A DNA stretch of 64,000 bases from Candidatus Latescibacterota bacterium (GTDB taxonomy: Bacteria; Latescibacterota; UBA2968): NCBI GenBank assembly GCA_965208125.1, contig OZ242320.1:3488001-3552000 (forward strand), given 5' to 3'. Below the pieces are notes generated by a model. It had not been told where the DNA came from. It worked only from the letters and a program-made list of their open reading frames with translations, and searched no databases. Positions 29,935 through 39,224 of the stretch are shown piece by piece; positions within the stretch are counted from its first letter, which is position 1; each line of letters starts with the position of its first letter. The position numbers were made by a program, and so were the translations under genes.

Positions 29935-30792
29935 TCACTGTGCTCTATTCAATTGCTTCCAATCCACTGACCATTCAGTCCGCTCTTTGAGTTCGGCCAG
30001 CATTTTTGCGCGTTGCTCGCGTCGGCGCTCGGTCAGGATGCGTTGCTGAATCTCGCCGCGCACATCGACCAAATCGCGTATTGAGCCCTCGTCGTCCCGA
30101 TCCATTACCTCAATGATATGGTAGCCCAACTCAGTGCGTGTGCGTATCCGATGCCCCAATTTGGCTTCCCGACAGGCTGTCCAGAAAGAGGCGGTGACCA
30201 TATCTTCGGTAAAATATCCCAGATCGCCGCCATTTACAGCCGACTGATCGATAGAAACTTCGCGTGCCACCTGCTCAAAAAATTCACCCTTTTGCAGCCG
30301 GTCCCACGCCCGAGTCTGTGCATTCCGATCTGCCACAATGAGGTGCCGTACCCTGAGTTCGAGTTGATCGCGTTCAAAATCTGCTCGATGTTCTTCGTAA
30401 TAGGCGAGAATTTCATCCTCTGAGATTTCGGCGTTGCGTGCGTATGCGCGGGTCATTAATTCGTTCGCTAACAGTTGTCTAACAGCGCGATCAATGCGAT
30501 CCGATAGTTCGGCGTCCTGGTCGAGTTTTTGTCTTATAGCTTCTCGATAGAGGAGTTCTTCCTCAATCCAATTTTCGACCAATTTTTGTTTTTCTTTGGG
30601 CGAAATTGTGCTTGCAAACGGGGTGGGAATACGCCTCTCAAATGCTTCTGTGGTCAGATAGCTATTCCCCACTTGTGCCACGACGGAAACTTTTTGTGGT
30701 CTCTCACATCCCCACAGGCCAATCAGGCAGATTATCAAGCCAATTTTCAAATACCGCGCCCGTTTCAAAACGCGATCCCCCATTGCGGTCAT
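29935..30792 (-). CDS. Parvulin (PpiC/PrsA-like) lipoprotein foldase
   Basis: Lipobox LWGC; RHLIV, GGDLGYF, GYHII. Confidence 0.85.
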   Translation of the reverse strand: MTAMGDRVLKRARYLKIGLIICLIGLWGCERPQKVSVVAQVGNSYLTTEAFERRIPTPFASTISPKEKQKLVENWIEEELLYREAIRQKLDQDAELSDRIDRAVRQLLANELMTRAYARNAEISEDEILAYYEEHRADFERDQLELRVRHLIVADRNAQTRAWDRLQKGEFFEQVAREVSIDQSAVNGGDLGYFTEDMVTASFWTACREAKLGHRIRTRTELGYHIIEVMDRDDEGSIRDLVDVRGEIQQRILTERRREQRAKMLAELKERTEWSVDWKQLNRAQ

Positions 30793-30856
30793 ATCCCCGT
30801 ATGTGGCTCTAAACTATTGACAATAAAAAAGGTTCCGACTAATCGAATATACGCCT

Positions 30857-33800
30857 TCAAATTAGGCTCTGCAACACATTTTTAGCCGATTCTAACCGCG
30901 ATTGTGGTCCCTTTCCCATTAGCGCGACTTCTATTTTTGGCGGATCTCCCAGGACAAATTCCAGGGGGAGTGGTGACTGTGTCACCATTCGTTCAATATC
31001 CGTTCGCATCAGCGGTTTGTCAGGCGACAGGGTCATTGTCATGATCTGTCCGATTTGCAACAGCGACAACCTGAGTTGGCGGGCCAAAATTTTGACTTGT
31101 AAGATGTCTAATAATGCAGTTGTGGGCTCGGGCAAAGGTCCAAAGCGGTCCACGAGTTCTTCCTCTATTGCCAGGACTTCCACAGTTTGCCGTATCTGGC
31201 CCAATCGCTGATAAAACTGCATTTTTTGATCTGTATCGGGAATATAGTCGTCTGGAATATACGACGAGACGGATATCTGTACATCTGGTTCAATCGCGGG
31301 TTCGGTCTCATCGCCCTTAATTTGCCGCACGGCTTCGTCCAGCAATCGCGTGTATAAATCAAATCCCACGGCTGCGATATGTCCGTGTTGCTGCGCGCCG
31401 AGCAAGTTGCCCGTGCCCCTGATTTCCATATCTCGCATTGAAATGTGAAAACCCGATCCCAAATCCGAAAATTCTTCGATGGCGCGCAATCGCCTGACCG
31501 CTGGTTTTTTGAGTGCTTGCCACGACGGTACAAATAAATACGCATATGCCCGCTTATTCGATCGTCCCACCCGACCACGCAATTGATACAACTGTGCCAA
31601 TCCCAGGCGATCTGCCCGATTTACGATTAGCGTGTTCGCGTTGGGAATGTCCAGCCCGGATTCCACGATCATGGTTGAGACCAGAACATCGTATTTATGC
31701 TCAAAAAAGTCCATCATCACTTTTTCGAGTTGCCGTTCGGGCATCTGTCCGTGTCCCATGCCAAAACGCACCTGCGGTAGCAAGCGAGTGAGAAAACCCA
31801 TCATCGCGTGCATGGATTGAACTCTATTGTGGACAAAATAAACCTGTCCACTGCGATCTACTTCCCGTAAGATCGCTTCGGCTATGCGGTCTTCTTCAAA
31901 AGCCAGCACTTCAGTCTGAATTGGTAAGCGGTCTTTGGGCGGGGTTTGTATGACAGACATATCGCGCGCGCCCATCAGCGACATGTGCAGGGTGCGCGGA
32001 ATTGGTGTGGCGGTAAGCGTCAATACATCCACCAGGCGCCGCATTTCTTTTAACCTCTCTTTGTGCCGCACCCCAAAGCGGTGTTCTTCGTCTATGACCA
32101 GAAGACCGAGGGATTTGAAGTTGACATCTTTTGACAATAACCGATGTGTGCCCACCACAATATCTACGGTGCCTTTCTTCATCGCCTCAAGAGTTCGCAT
32201 TTGTTCGGCCCGCGTGCGGAAGCGGCTCAGGACCGCTATATGGATGGGAAATTCGGAAAACCGTTCGCAGAATGTGCGATAATGTTGCTGCGCCAAAATG
32301 GTTGTGGGGGCGAGCACTGCTACTTGTTTGCCATCTAAAATTGCCTTAAACGCCCCGCGAATCGCCACTTCTGTTTTGCCATATCCCACATCGCCACAGA
32401 TCAATCGGTCCATTGCTGACCGCGCTTCCATATCTTTTCGCACGGCGTCAATCGCTTCTTGTTGATCCCGGGTTTCGCGATAGGGAAACGAGGCTTCCAG
32501 TGCGTTCATTTCTGATCCATCAGGTGAAAATGCCGTGCCCGGTTGCGCCTTGCGTTCGGCGTATAATGACACGAGTTCCGCTGCCATTTTGAATATCGCT
32601 TTGCGCGTCTTTTCCTTTAGCCTCTCCCAGGCTACTGTGCCCAATTTGCTCAATACGGGTACTACGCCATCTTGTCCGGAATATTTTTGCACCTGATTCA
32701 TCTGATCTACCGGTACAAAAACCCGATCTCCATCCCGATATCCAATGGTCAGACAATCGCTGGATATGCGGCCTATTTCAATTCGCTCCACGCCTTCAAA
32801 CCGGCCAATTCCGTGATCTACATGTACGACAAAATCGCCTCGCTGAAGAGCGGACACTGTCTTGATGGGCTGTGCATCTTGAAAGCGGCGATACCGTCGT
32901 CTGCGATGTACGCGGCTGTAAATTTCGTGATCGTTGATTAAAAAGACTTTGCCGAAACGGTATGTAAATCCGGATTGTAGCGTGCCTACATACAGAGAGA
33001 CCACATCGGCGCTTTCTTCCAGAATTTCTTCCAATCGCGCTTTTTGCCCATCACTTTCACACAGAATGACCACTTCATAAGCGTCCAACCAGTACTTTCG
33101 CAAATCCTCTTTTAATAGCTGTACATGGCCTTCGTAGTGTCGCCCACTCTGTCCGCCCAAATCCACTACTTCCTCAGATGCCCCTCCCAGTGCGCGATTC
33201 AAGACTCTGGGCATGTGTTCCAGTTGCCGAAGTACGGTTTCCGGTTGTCGGAGTACACATTGCACTGGCAAGGGTTCTGTTTCCGCCCGCCGCTTTTTTT
33301 GTCGCTGTGCGATTTGTTCGCACGCGCGCCATGCGTTATCTGCAGCAGTAGCGATGCCATCCGGGTCATCGAGGACGAGCCAGCATCCTTCGGGCACGTA
33401 ATCCAACAGGCCCGTTCGCTCGCCGTATAACACACTCAGGTAATGTTCCTGTCCTTCAAAAATGCCTTCGCGTTCCAGTAAGTTTCGCACCTCGGGCAAT
33501 TCAATGCCCAAATCCCGTTCTGCTATTTCCAGATTTTCCAGATAAATATCTGCCATTGTCAGGGGAAGTACACTTTCCCGACAGGGCAAAATGCGCGTTT
33601 CATCCAATTGTGCGATAGACCGCTGAGTGCCCAAATCAAATGCCCGGATGGATGAGATTTCATCGCCCCAAAACTCCAGTCTGACCGGATTTGTATTGCC
33701 AAATGAACAAATGTCGAGGATGCCGCCGCGCATCCCAAATTGCCCCACACCTTCTACAGTTGTTACCCGTTCATATCCGATTTCCACCAGATGGTCCGCG

Positions 33801-34264
33801 AGATCTAAAGGGGAAACTTCCTGTTCCAGGCGAAGCGTTTTTACACTCAAGTCAAAGAGGTCCGGGGGCAAGGTGTGTCCCATCAAGGCTTCGATGGATG
33901 TGACCACAATGCCACTGGCTTCCCGGTGCAACTGGTCCAGTGCCTCCATCCGCAATCCCACCACATCGAGGTGCGGGGAACGCCCGTCAAAATGAGCTAC
34001 ATCCCAACTCGGAAAGTACCCCACGTGTTCTTCGTCCAGCAGCCGCTCCAAATCATTGCGCAATGCCTCGGCGCGGTCCTCATCTGGACATACGACTACT
34101 ATGGGACCAGGTACGGTTTCTTCAATCCACGCGATGGCAAATGCCGATAGCGATCCGGATCCTCCTCGCATGGTTATGACCCGATCTCCCGATTCCAGTT
34201 TTTGTGACAGGTCTTTAAATGGCGGCGAGTTTTTGATTCTGTTGTACAATCTGTCAACGGACAT
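30857..34264 (-). CDS. mfd: Transcription-repair coupling factor
   Basis: VVHVDHGIG, GDVGYGKTEV, DEEHRFGV, TATPIPRTL, QLRGRVGRS, TRCF C-terminal domain. Confidence 0.97.
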   Translation of the reverse strand: MSVDRLYNRIKNSPPFKDLSQKLESGDRVITMRGGSGSLSAFAIAWIEETVPGPIVVVCPDEDRAEALRNDLERLLDEEHVGYFPSWDVAHFDGRSPHLDVVGLRMEALDQLHREASGIVVTSIEALMGHTLPPDLFDLSVKTLRLEQEVSPLDLADHLVEIGYERVTTVEGVGQFGMRGGILDICSFGNTNPVRLEFWGDEISSIRAFDLGTQRSIAQLDETRILPCRESVLPLTMADIYLENLEIAERDLGIELPEVRNLLEREGIFEGQEHYLSVLYGERTGLLDYVPEGCWLVLDDPDGIATAADNAWRACEQIAQRQKKRRAETEPLPVQCVLRQPETVLRQLEHMPRVLNRALGGASEEVVDLGGQSGRHYEGHVQLLKEDLRKYWLDAYEVVILCESDGQKARLEEILEESADVVSLYVGTLQSGFTYRFGKVFLINDHEIYSRVHRRRRYRRFQDAQPIKTVSALQRGDFVVHVDHGIGRFEGVERIEIGRISSDCLTIGYRDGDRVFVPVDQMNQVQKYSGQDGVVPVLSKLGTVAWERLKEKTRKAIFKMAAELVSLYAERKAQPGTAFSPDGSEMNALEASFPYRETRDQQEAIDAVRKDMEARSAMDRLICGDVGYGKTEVAIRGAFKAILDGKQVAVLAPTTILAQQHYRTFCERFSEFPIHIAVLSRFRTRAEQMRTLEAMKKGTVDIVVGTHRLLSKDVNFKSLGLLVIDEEHRFGVRHKERLKEMRRLVDVLTLTATPIPRTLHMSLMGARDMSVIQTPPKDRLPIQTEVLAFEEDRIAEAILREVDRSGQVYFVHNRVQSMHAMMGFLTRLLPQVRFGMGHGQMPERQLEKVMMDFFEHKYDVLVSTMIVESGLDIPNANTLIVNRADRLGLAQLYQLRGRVGRSNKRAYAYLFVPSWQALKKPAVRRLRAIEEFSDLGSGFHISMRDMEIRGTGNLLGAQQHGHIAAVGFDLYTRLLDEAVRQIKGDETEPAIEPDVQISVSSYIPDDYIPDTDQKMQFYQRLGQIRQTVEVLAIEEELVDRFGPLPEPTTALLDILQVKILARQLRLSLLQIGQIMTMTLSPDKPLMRTDIERMVTQSPLPLEFVLGDPPKIEVALMGKGPQSRLESAKNVLQSLI

Positions 34265-34296
34265 AAATTTCTAACTTTTCCTCCCAAACAGTACAC

Positions 34297-34337
34297 GCCA
34301 AAAAGCTCGACACATTGTATGCGTCGAGCTTTTTGGC
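34297..34337 (-). terminator. Hairpin terminator downstream of tRNA-Asp
   Basis: GCCAAAAAGCTCGAC...GTCGAGCTTTTTGGC inverted repeat. Confidence 0.7.
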
Positions 34338-34341
34338 AAGA

Positions 34342-34419
34342 TGGCGGGGTAGACGGGGCTCGAACCCGCGACCACCGGCGTGACAGGCCGGTACTCTAAC
34401 CAGACTGAGCTACTACCCC
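34342..34419 (-). tRNA. tRNA-Asp (GTC)
   Basis: GGGGTAG acceptor stem, anticodon loop CT-GTC-AC, GGTTCGAG T-loop, encoded CCA. Confidence 0.96.
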
Positions 34420-34464
34420 AGGTTTAATTGTAAAACAATCTTCAAAATTCCCTGAAGGACCGAA

Positions 34465-34493
34465 AATTTAACAAGGTGTCTTTGCAGTGTCAA
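34465..34493 (-). promoter_or_regulatory. Sigma70 promoter of tRNA-Asp
   Basis: TTGACA-17 nt-TAAATT. Confidence 0.7.
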
Positions 34494-34583
34494 GCAAATT
34501 TAGCATATCATATCCCTTGTTTTTGGCATATCATCTCATTATGTTAAGGCGATTTCGCGCCAAAACTTTCAAAGGAGAATTTT

Positions 34584-37500
34584 ATGACTCGACGCGATGC
34601 TGTCTGGATCGTTTGCTTCCTGATCGCAGGGGCGCTCGGTCTTACATGTTATATCCAGTTTTTTGACCGCGCGCTTCCCGTTGCTTCGCTCAATTTTCGC
34701 GTTGATCGAGAACAAGCACATCAGGCTGCCGAAGTGTATCTTAACCGCCTGGGTTATGATCTCAAGGATTACGAAAGTGCTCAGGTCTTCTCGTACTCCA
34801 GCCTGTCTCAGGTTTTTCTCGAACGCACCCTGGGTCTTGAGGAAACCAACCGACTCGTGCGCGAATGGGTCTCGATATGGTATTGGAATATCCGCTGGTT
34901 TAAGCCGCTTCAAAAAGAAGAACTCCGCGTGCGTATTGATCCCGGTGGACGTATCGTAGGGTTTACACACAGCATTCTCGAATCTGACGAAGGTGCGAGT
35001 CTCTCAGAAGAAGATGCCCGCGCCATTGCCGAAACCTTTCTGGCCGATGTGCAGGGCTTTCAACTCGGCGATTACGAGCCTATCGAAGCGTCGAGCATTG
35101 AGCGTCCCAATCGGATGGATCACACTTTTACTTTTCGAAAAAAAGATTTTGTCGTGGGCGATGATGGACACTACCGCTTGAGCGTTACGGTTAAGGGCGA
35201 CAAAGCAGGCTATTTTGCCGAATACCTCAAAGTGCCCGAAACTTTTTCGCGCAATTATCGAGAAATTCGCTCGCGTGCAGGGCTGCTTACCACTATTGCT
35301 TCGGTTTTCGCTTTCGCACTGGGCATTGCAATGGTTGTCGTGCTTGTGCGAAAATATCGCCAGCGCACATTGATATGGCGCGCTGCTCTTGGCGTGGGCA
35401 TTCTCGTGGCTGCTACCAGTTTTCTCGGTGCCGTTAATGGCTATCCGATCACGCGCTTTGGTTACGATACCACGCAGTCCTTTGTTTCCTTTATTCTCAC
35501 CTTTATCTTTTATACCTGTCTATTGAGTGCCGTGCTCAGCGGAATCATGATTACCCTATCTGGCGCAGCCGGGGGGGCTGCTGCCCAGGATGTAGAAGGT
35601 TGGAAAAATCCACTCGCGCGTCTGTCTCTACGCGGCTGGCGATCCTCAAGATTTGCTCGCATCACCCTCATCGGTTATGGGCTTGCATTTGCCCACCTGG
35701 GATATGTGACCATTTTTTACATTTTGGGCAATGATTATCTGGGGGTCTGGTCTCCCGCGGCGATGACACAGTACAGTAATACGTATAGTACTTATTTGCC
35801 GTGGATCTATCCCTTGCTTATCGGTCTCGTCGCCGCAACTTCAGAAGAATTTCTCTTCCGCCTGCTTGCTATTTCCTTGCTCATTCGCTGGCTAAAAAAA
35901 CCCTGGTTGGCCATTCTCATTCCCGCGATTGTGTGGGCCTTTTTGCACGCGAATTATCCGCAGGAGCCTATTTATATTCGCGGTCTCGAACTCACCGTGG
36001 TTGGCGTTATCTTTGGTATTGTGTTTTTGCGCTATGGCGTTTGGGCAACCATTATTTCTCATTATGTGTACAATTGTTTTCTCGGCATTTATCCGATGGT
36101 GCAGTCCGATAGTCTCTACTTCAAGGTCTCGGGCATTCTGGCGGTTGCGATTATCTTTATTCCAGCTATTCCCGCTATTTTTGGTGTGATTACGGGGCGG
36201 TATAAAGAGATTGAGGAGCCCGAAGAGGTTTCGCTCCCTGAAGCGCCAGAGAAGCCAGTATCTGAAACACCGATTTCCGAACCCGAACTACCCCCTGAAC
36301 CCGAAGTCGAGCGCAAAACGCCTGCAGATTATCTCATTCCAAAGAGTGGTCTCGTAGTTTTTGGTATTTTGGGTCTGATCGGTTGGGCTGTGTATTTCAT
36401 ATCCGATCTCCCGGGATTTGCCAAATACGCCCGCGAGTCCATTATTACGCGAGCCGCGGCGATTGAGAAGGCAGAGGATATCCGGCGTCAACTCGGTCTC
36501 GATCTCGAAGGCTATCAACGCACCACGTCGTTTTCCAGCAGTTTTAGATCCGGCCATTTTACACATCTCATCCGAAATGTCGATCTGGCGCGTGCGGATA
36601 CGCTCGCTGCCGAACACACGGCATCGTGGCGCTGGCGGGTGCGATGGTTCAAACCACTTGAAAAAGAAGAACTCACTATCAGTATTGATGGCAATGGCGA
36701 TTTTTGCCGCATCTCGCATTATGTTCCCGAAAGTCGAGAGGGCGCAGAACTCAGTACGGAAGAAGCGCAACAGATCGCCGAGTCTTTTCTGTCCGAATAT
36801 TTACGGCGAGATGTGACAGATACCGCGATTTACAAACGCCTTGAAGCCCGCTCGCAAAAACGCGAAAATCGGATGGACCACAGTTTTGTGTGGGAGCGCA
36901 CGGATATTAAAGTTGAAGAGGGAGAATTTCGCATTACTGCCTCTGTACAGGGCGATCAAATCGGTCAGACAAACGCATACTACAAAGCACCCGAAGAGTT
37001 TTTGCGCAAATTGCGAGAACGCACGGCCAAAGGTACGATTGTCTCTACTGTCTCGACGATTGCAGTGATTGTCGCCGCTGTGCTCGCCATTATTTTCTTT
37101 TTGCGCGCTTATCGCGATGGACATGTCAACTGGCGCTTGCCCATTTGGGTTGGCATTTTGGCCAGTGTATGTTATGTGCTCGCCATACTCAATAATCTGA
37201 CTGCGTTCTACGCAGGTTATAATACCAGTGAAGCGATGAGCACCTTTCTCGGAGATAAACTCATTGGCTTCGTCATAGGACTTGTTATTGCTGCGATCAT
37301 GGTTTTTTTACTCAGTGCATTTGGCGATACCATATATCGTCGTGAACGCCCCCATGAGATGCAAATTTCCGATTGGATAGATGTGCTTCGCCTGAAAATA
37401 AATAGCGTGGGACTCTGGTGGCAGGTTGTCTTTCTGGTCGTGTGCTGTTTGGGTATTATGAGAGGTAGCAGCATTTTTTCGTCTTATATCACCCTCACCT

Positions 37501-37985
37501 ATCTCGGTGATTATCTCACCGCAGGCGGTGGCTCGCCACCCGGTATCAATAGTTATCTGCCCGCATTTGGTGAACTCATCAACGAAGTCAACTTTATACT
37601 CCTGGCTCCCTTCGGTGTACTCGGTGTTTTGTTCGTCTTTTGGCGCGTGATAGGCAAGATAAATCTGCTGATTCTCGGCGTAGTGCTCGTACTCATTTTT
37701 CAATCGGTGGTCTCGCCAGCAAAAGACTTTTACCACGCGGGCATTCTTCTCGCCAAAAGCGTTCCCTATTGGCTGATTGTGGCATTCCTCATTTTGAAGT
37801 ATATCCGCTTCAATCTGCTTTTTTATGCTGTGACGTTCTGGTGTTCAATTATTTTTGTTGGCATTCGCTATCTCAAATACGATCCCAGCATTTATCAGGT
37901 CAATGGAATTTTCATGGTTCTCTTTGGTCTCGTTCCTCTCATTCTCGCCGTTCTCGCATGGTACAAAGCGCGATCCTCGGTGTAG
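34584..37985 (+). CDS. Large CPBP (Abi/Rce1) intramembrane metalloprotease with duplicated extracytoplasmic domain
   Basis: SEEFLFR, WAFLH and SHYVYN CPBP motifs; internal repeat RWFKPLxKEEL. Confidence 0.82.
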   Translation: MTRRDAVWIVCFLIAGALGLTCYIQFFDRALPVASLNFRVDREQAHQAAEVYLNRLGYDLKDYESAQVFSYSSLSQVFLERTLGLEETNRLVREWVSIWYWNIRWFKPLQKEELRVRIDPGGRIVGFTHSILESDEGASLSEEDARAIAETFLADVQGFQLGDYEPIEASSIERPNRMDHTFTFRKKDFVVGDDGHYRLSVTVKGDKAGYFAEYLKVPETFSRNYREIRSRAGLLTTIASVFAFALGIAMVVVLVRKYRQRTLIWRAALGVGILVAATSFLGAVNGYPITRFGYDTTQSFVSFILTFIFYTCLLSAVLSGIMITLSGAAGGAAAQDVEGWKNPLARLSLRGWRSSRFARITLIGYGLAFAHLGYVTIFYILGNDYLGVWSPAAMTQYSNTYSTYLPWIYPLLIGLVAATSEEFLFRLLAISLLIRWLKKPWLAILIPAIVWAFLHANYPQEPIYIRGLELTVVGVIFGIVFLRYGVWATIISHYVYNCFLGIYPMVQSDSLYFKVSGILAVAIIFIPAIPAIFGVITGRYKEIEEPEEVSLPEAPEKPVSETPISEPELPPEPEVERKTPADYLIPKSGLVVFGILGLIGWAVYFISDLPGFAKYARESIITRAAAIEKAEDIRRQLGLDLEGYQRTTSFSSSFRSGHFTHLIRNVDLARADTLAAEHTASWRWRVRWFKPLEKEELTISIDGNGDFCRISHYVPESREGAELSTEEAQQIAESFLSEYLRRDVTDTAIYKRLEARSQKRENRMDHSFVWERTDIKVEEGEFRITASVQGDQIGQTNAYYKAPEEFLRKLRERTAKGTIVSTVSTIAVIVAAVLAIIFFLRAYRDGHVNWRLPIWVGILASVCYVLAILNNLTAFYAGYNTSEAMSTFLGDKLIGFVIGLVIAAIMVFLLSAFGDTIYRRERPHEMQISDWIDVLRLKINSVGLWWQVVFLVVCCLGIMRGSSIFSSYITLTYLGDYLTAGGGSPPGINSYLPAFGELINEVNFILLAPFGVLGVLFVFWRVIGKINLLILGVVLVLIFQSVVSPAKDFYHAGILLAKSVPYWLIVAFLILKYIRFNLLFYAVTFWCSIIFVGIRYLKYDPSIYQVNGIFMVLFGLVPLILAVLAWYKARSSV

Positions 37986-37994
37986 GAGGTGTCT

Positions 37995-39221
37995 GTGCCC
38001 CATCTTCATACGGCCTGGCAGACTTCAGTAGAGGAGGAGGCTTACTGGCAGTCGATTCGCAAGCAGTACATGATTGCGCCAGATGAAGTTTATCTCAATA
38101 CTGGCTCTTTTGGTTCGCAGCCCAGGCCCGTGTTTGAGAAGATGCTGGAAATATTGGAGGATGTTGAACGCAATCCTACAAGGCATCGGGCGGAATACAA
38201 CAGCGTTGTAGATAAATCTCGTGCCCGCCTGGCGGCGTTTATCAATGCGCCGGCAGAGGATATTGCTTTTGCCACCAATGTTACTATGGCTATCAACATG
38301 GTTGTGCATGGCCTGGATTGGCGACCGGGCGATGAAATTCTGGCTTCAAATCAGGAATACGGCGCGATTGACAACTGTCTGCATCTGGCTGAACGCCGCT
38401 ATGGTGTGGTGGTCAAGCGTGCCGAAATTCCCATTCCTCCCGAACATCCCGAAGATATTCTGAACGCTTTTGAGGCTGAATTTACAGATCGTACAAGGCT
38501 GATCTTTTGCAGCCATATTACCACTCGTACTGGTTTGATCACTCCGATTAAAGCGCTGACCCGACTGGCGCACGACCGCGGTGCGCTGATTGCAGTAGAT
38601 GGCGCGCATGCCCCGGGGATGATCCCGCTGGATCTGCAGGACCTCGGTTGCGATTTTTACGGCGGCAACTGTCACAAATGGCTCTGTGCACCCAAAGGCA
38701 CGGGTTTGCTTTATGCATCATCTTCAATGCAAGAGCGACTCAATCACGTTGTAGTGAGTTGGGGATACAGCCGGGAAGGCGCGAAGAGGGGGGCAGACGA
38801 CATTCTGCGGATCAATGACCGTCCGTTTATGTGGGGGATTGAGAACTGGGGCACCCGGGATCAGGCGTGTTTTGCGGCTGTAGGGACAGCGGTTGAATTT
38901 CAAGAGGCGGTTGGCAAAGATCGGATTCGGGAACGAGGGCAACAACTGGCGGCGTATCTGCGGGATCGTTTGGCTGCAACTGGCTGGGCAAAACAGCTCA
39001 CGCCTTCCGTGTCAGATCTATCTGGATCGATCTCAGCTTTCCATCTTTTCGGATTCGACGATCTGGATCTTTATGAGCGATACCGGATTACTGTGCCGAT
39101 TGCAAAGAGCGATAGGGTTTACTGGATGCGCGTTTCCACTCATATCTGCAATGGCTTTGACCATGTAGATCGTCTGGTAGATGCTTTACACGAACAGAGA
39201 AAGGAGAGAATTGTTTTATAA
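37995..39221 (+). CDS. Class V PLP aminotransferase (isopenicillin N epimerase/cysteine desulfhydrase-like)
   Basis: YLNTGSFG, VDGAHAPG, GNCHKWLCAPKG, GTRD. Confidence 0.87.
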   Translation: MPHLHTAWQTSVEEEAYWQSIRKQYMIAPDEVYLNTGSFGSQPRPVFEKMLEILEDVERNPTRHRAEYNSVVDKSRARLAAFINAPAEDIAFATNVTMAINMVVHGLDWRPGDEILASNQEYGAIDNCLHLAERRYGVVVKRAEIPIPPEHPEDILNAFEAEFTDRTRLIFCSHITTRTGLITPIKALTRLAHDRGALIAVDGAHAPGMIPLDLQDLGCDFYGGNCHKWLCAPKGTGLLYASSSMQERLNHVVVSWGYSREGAKRGADDILRINDRPFMWGIENWGTRDQACFAAVGTAVEFQEAVGKDRIRERGQQLAAYLRDRLAATGWAKQLTPSVSDLSGSISAFHLFGFDDLDLYERYRITVPIAKSDRVYWMRVSTHICNGFDHVDRLVDALHEQRKERIVL

Positions 39222-39224
39222 CTT

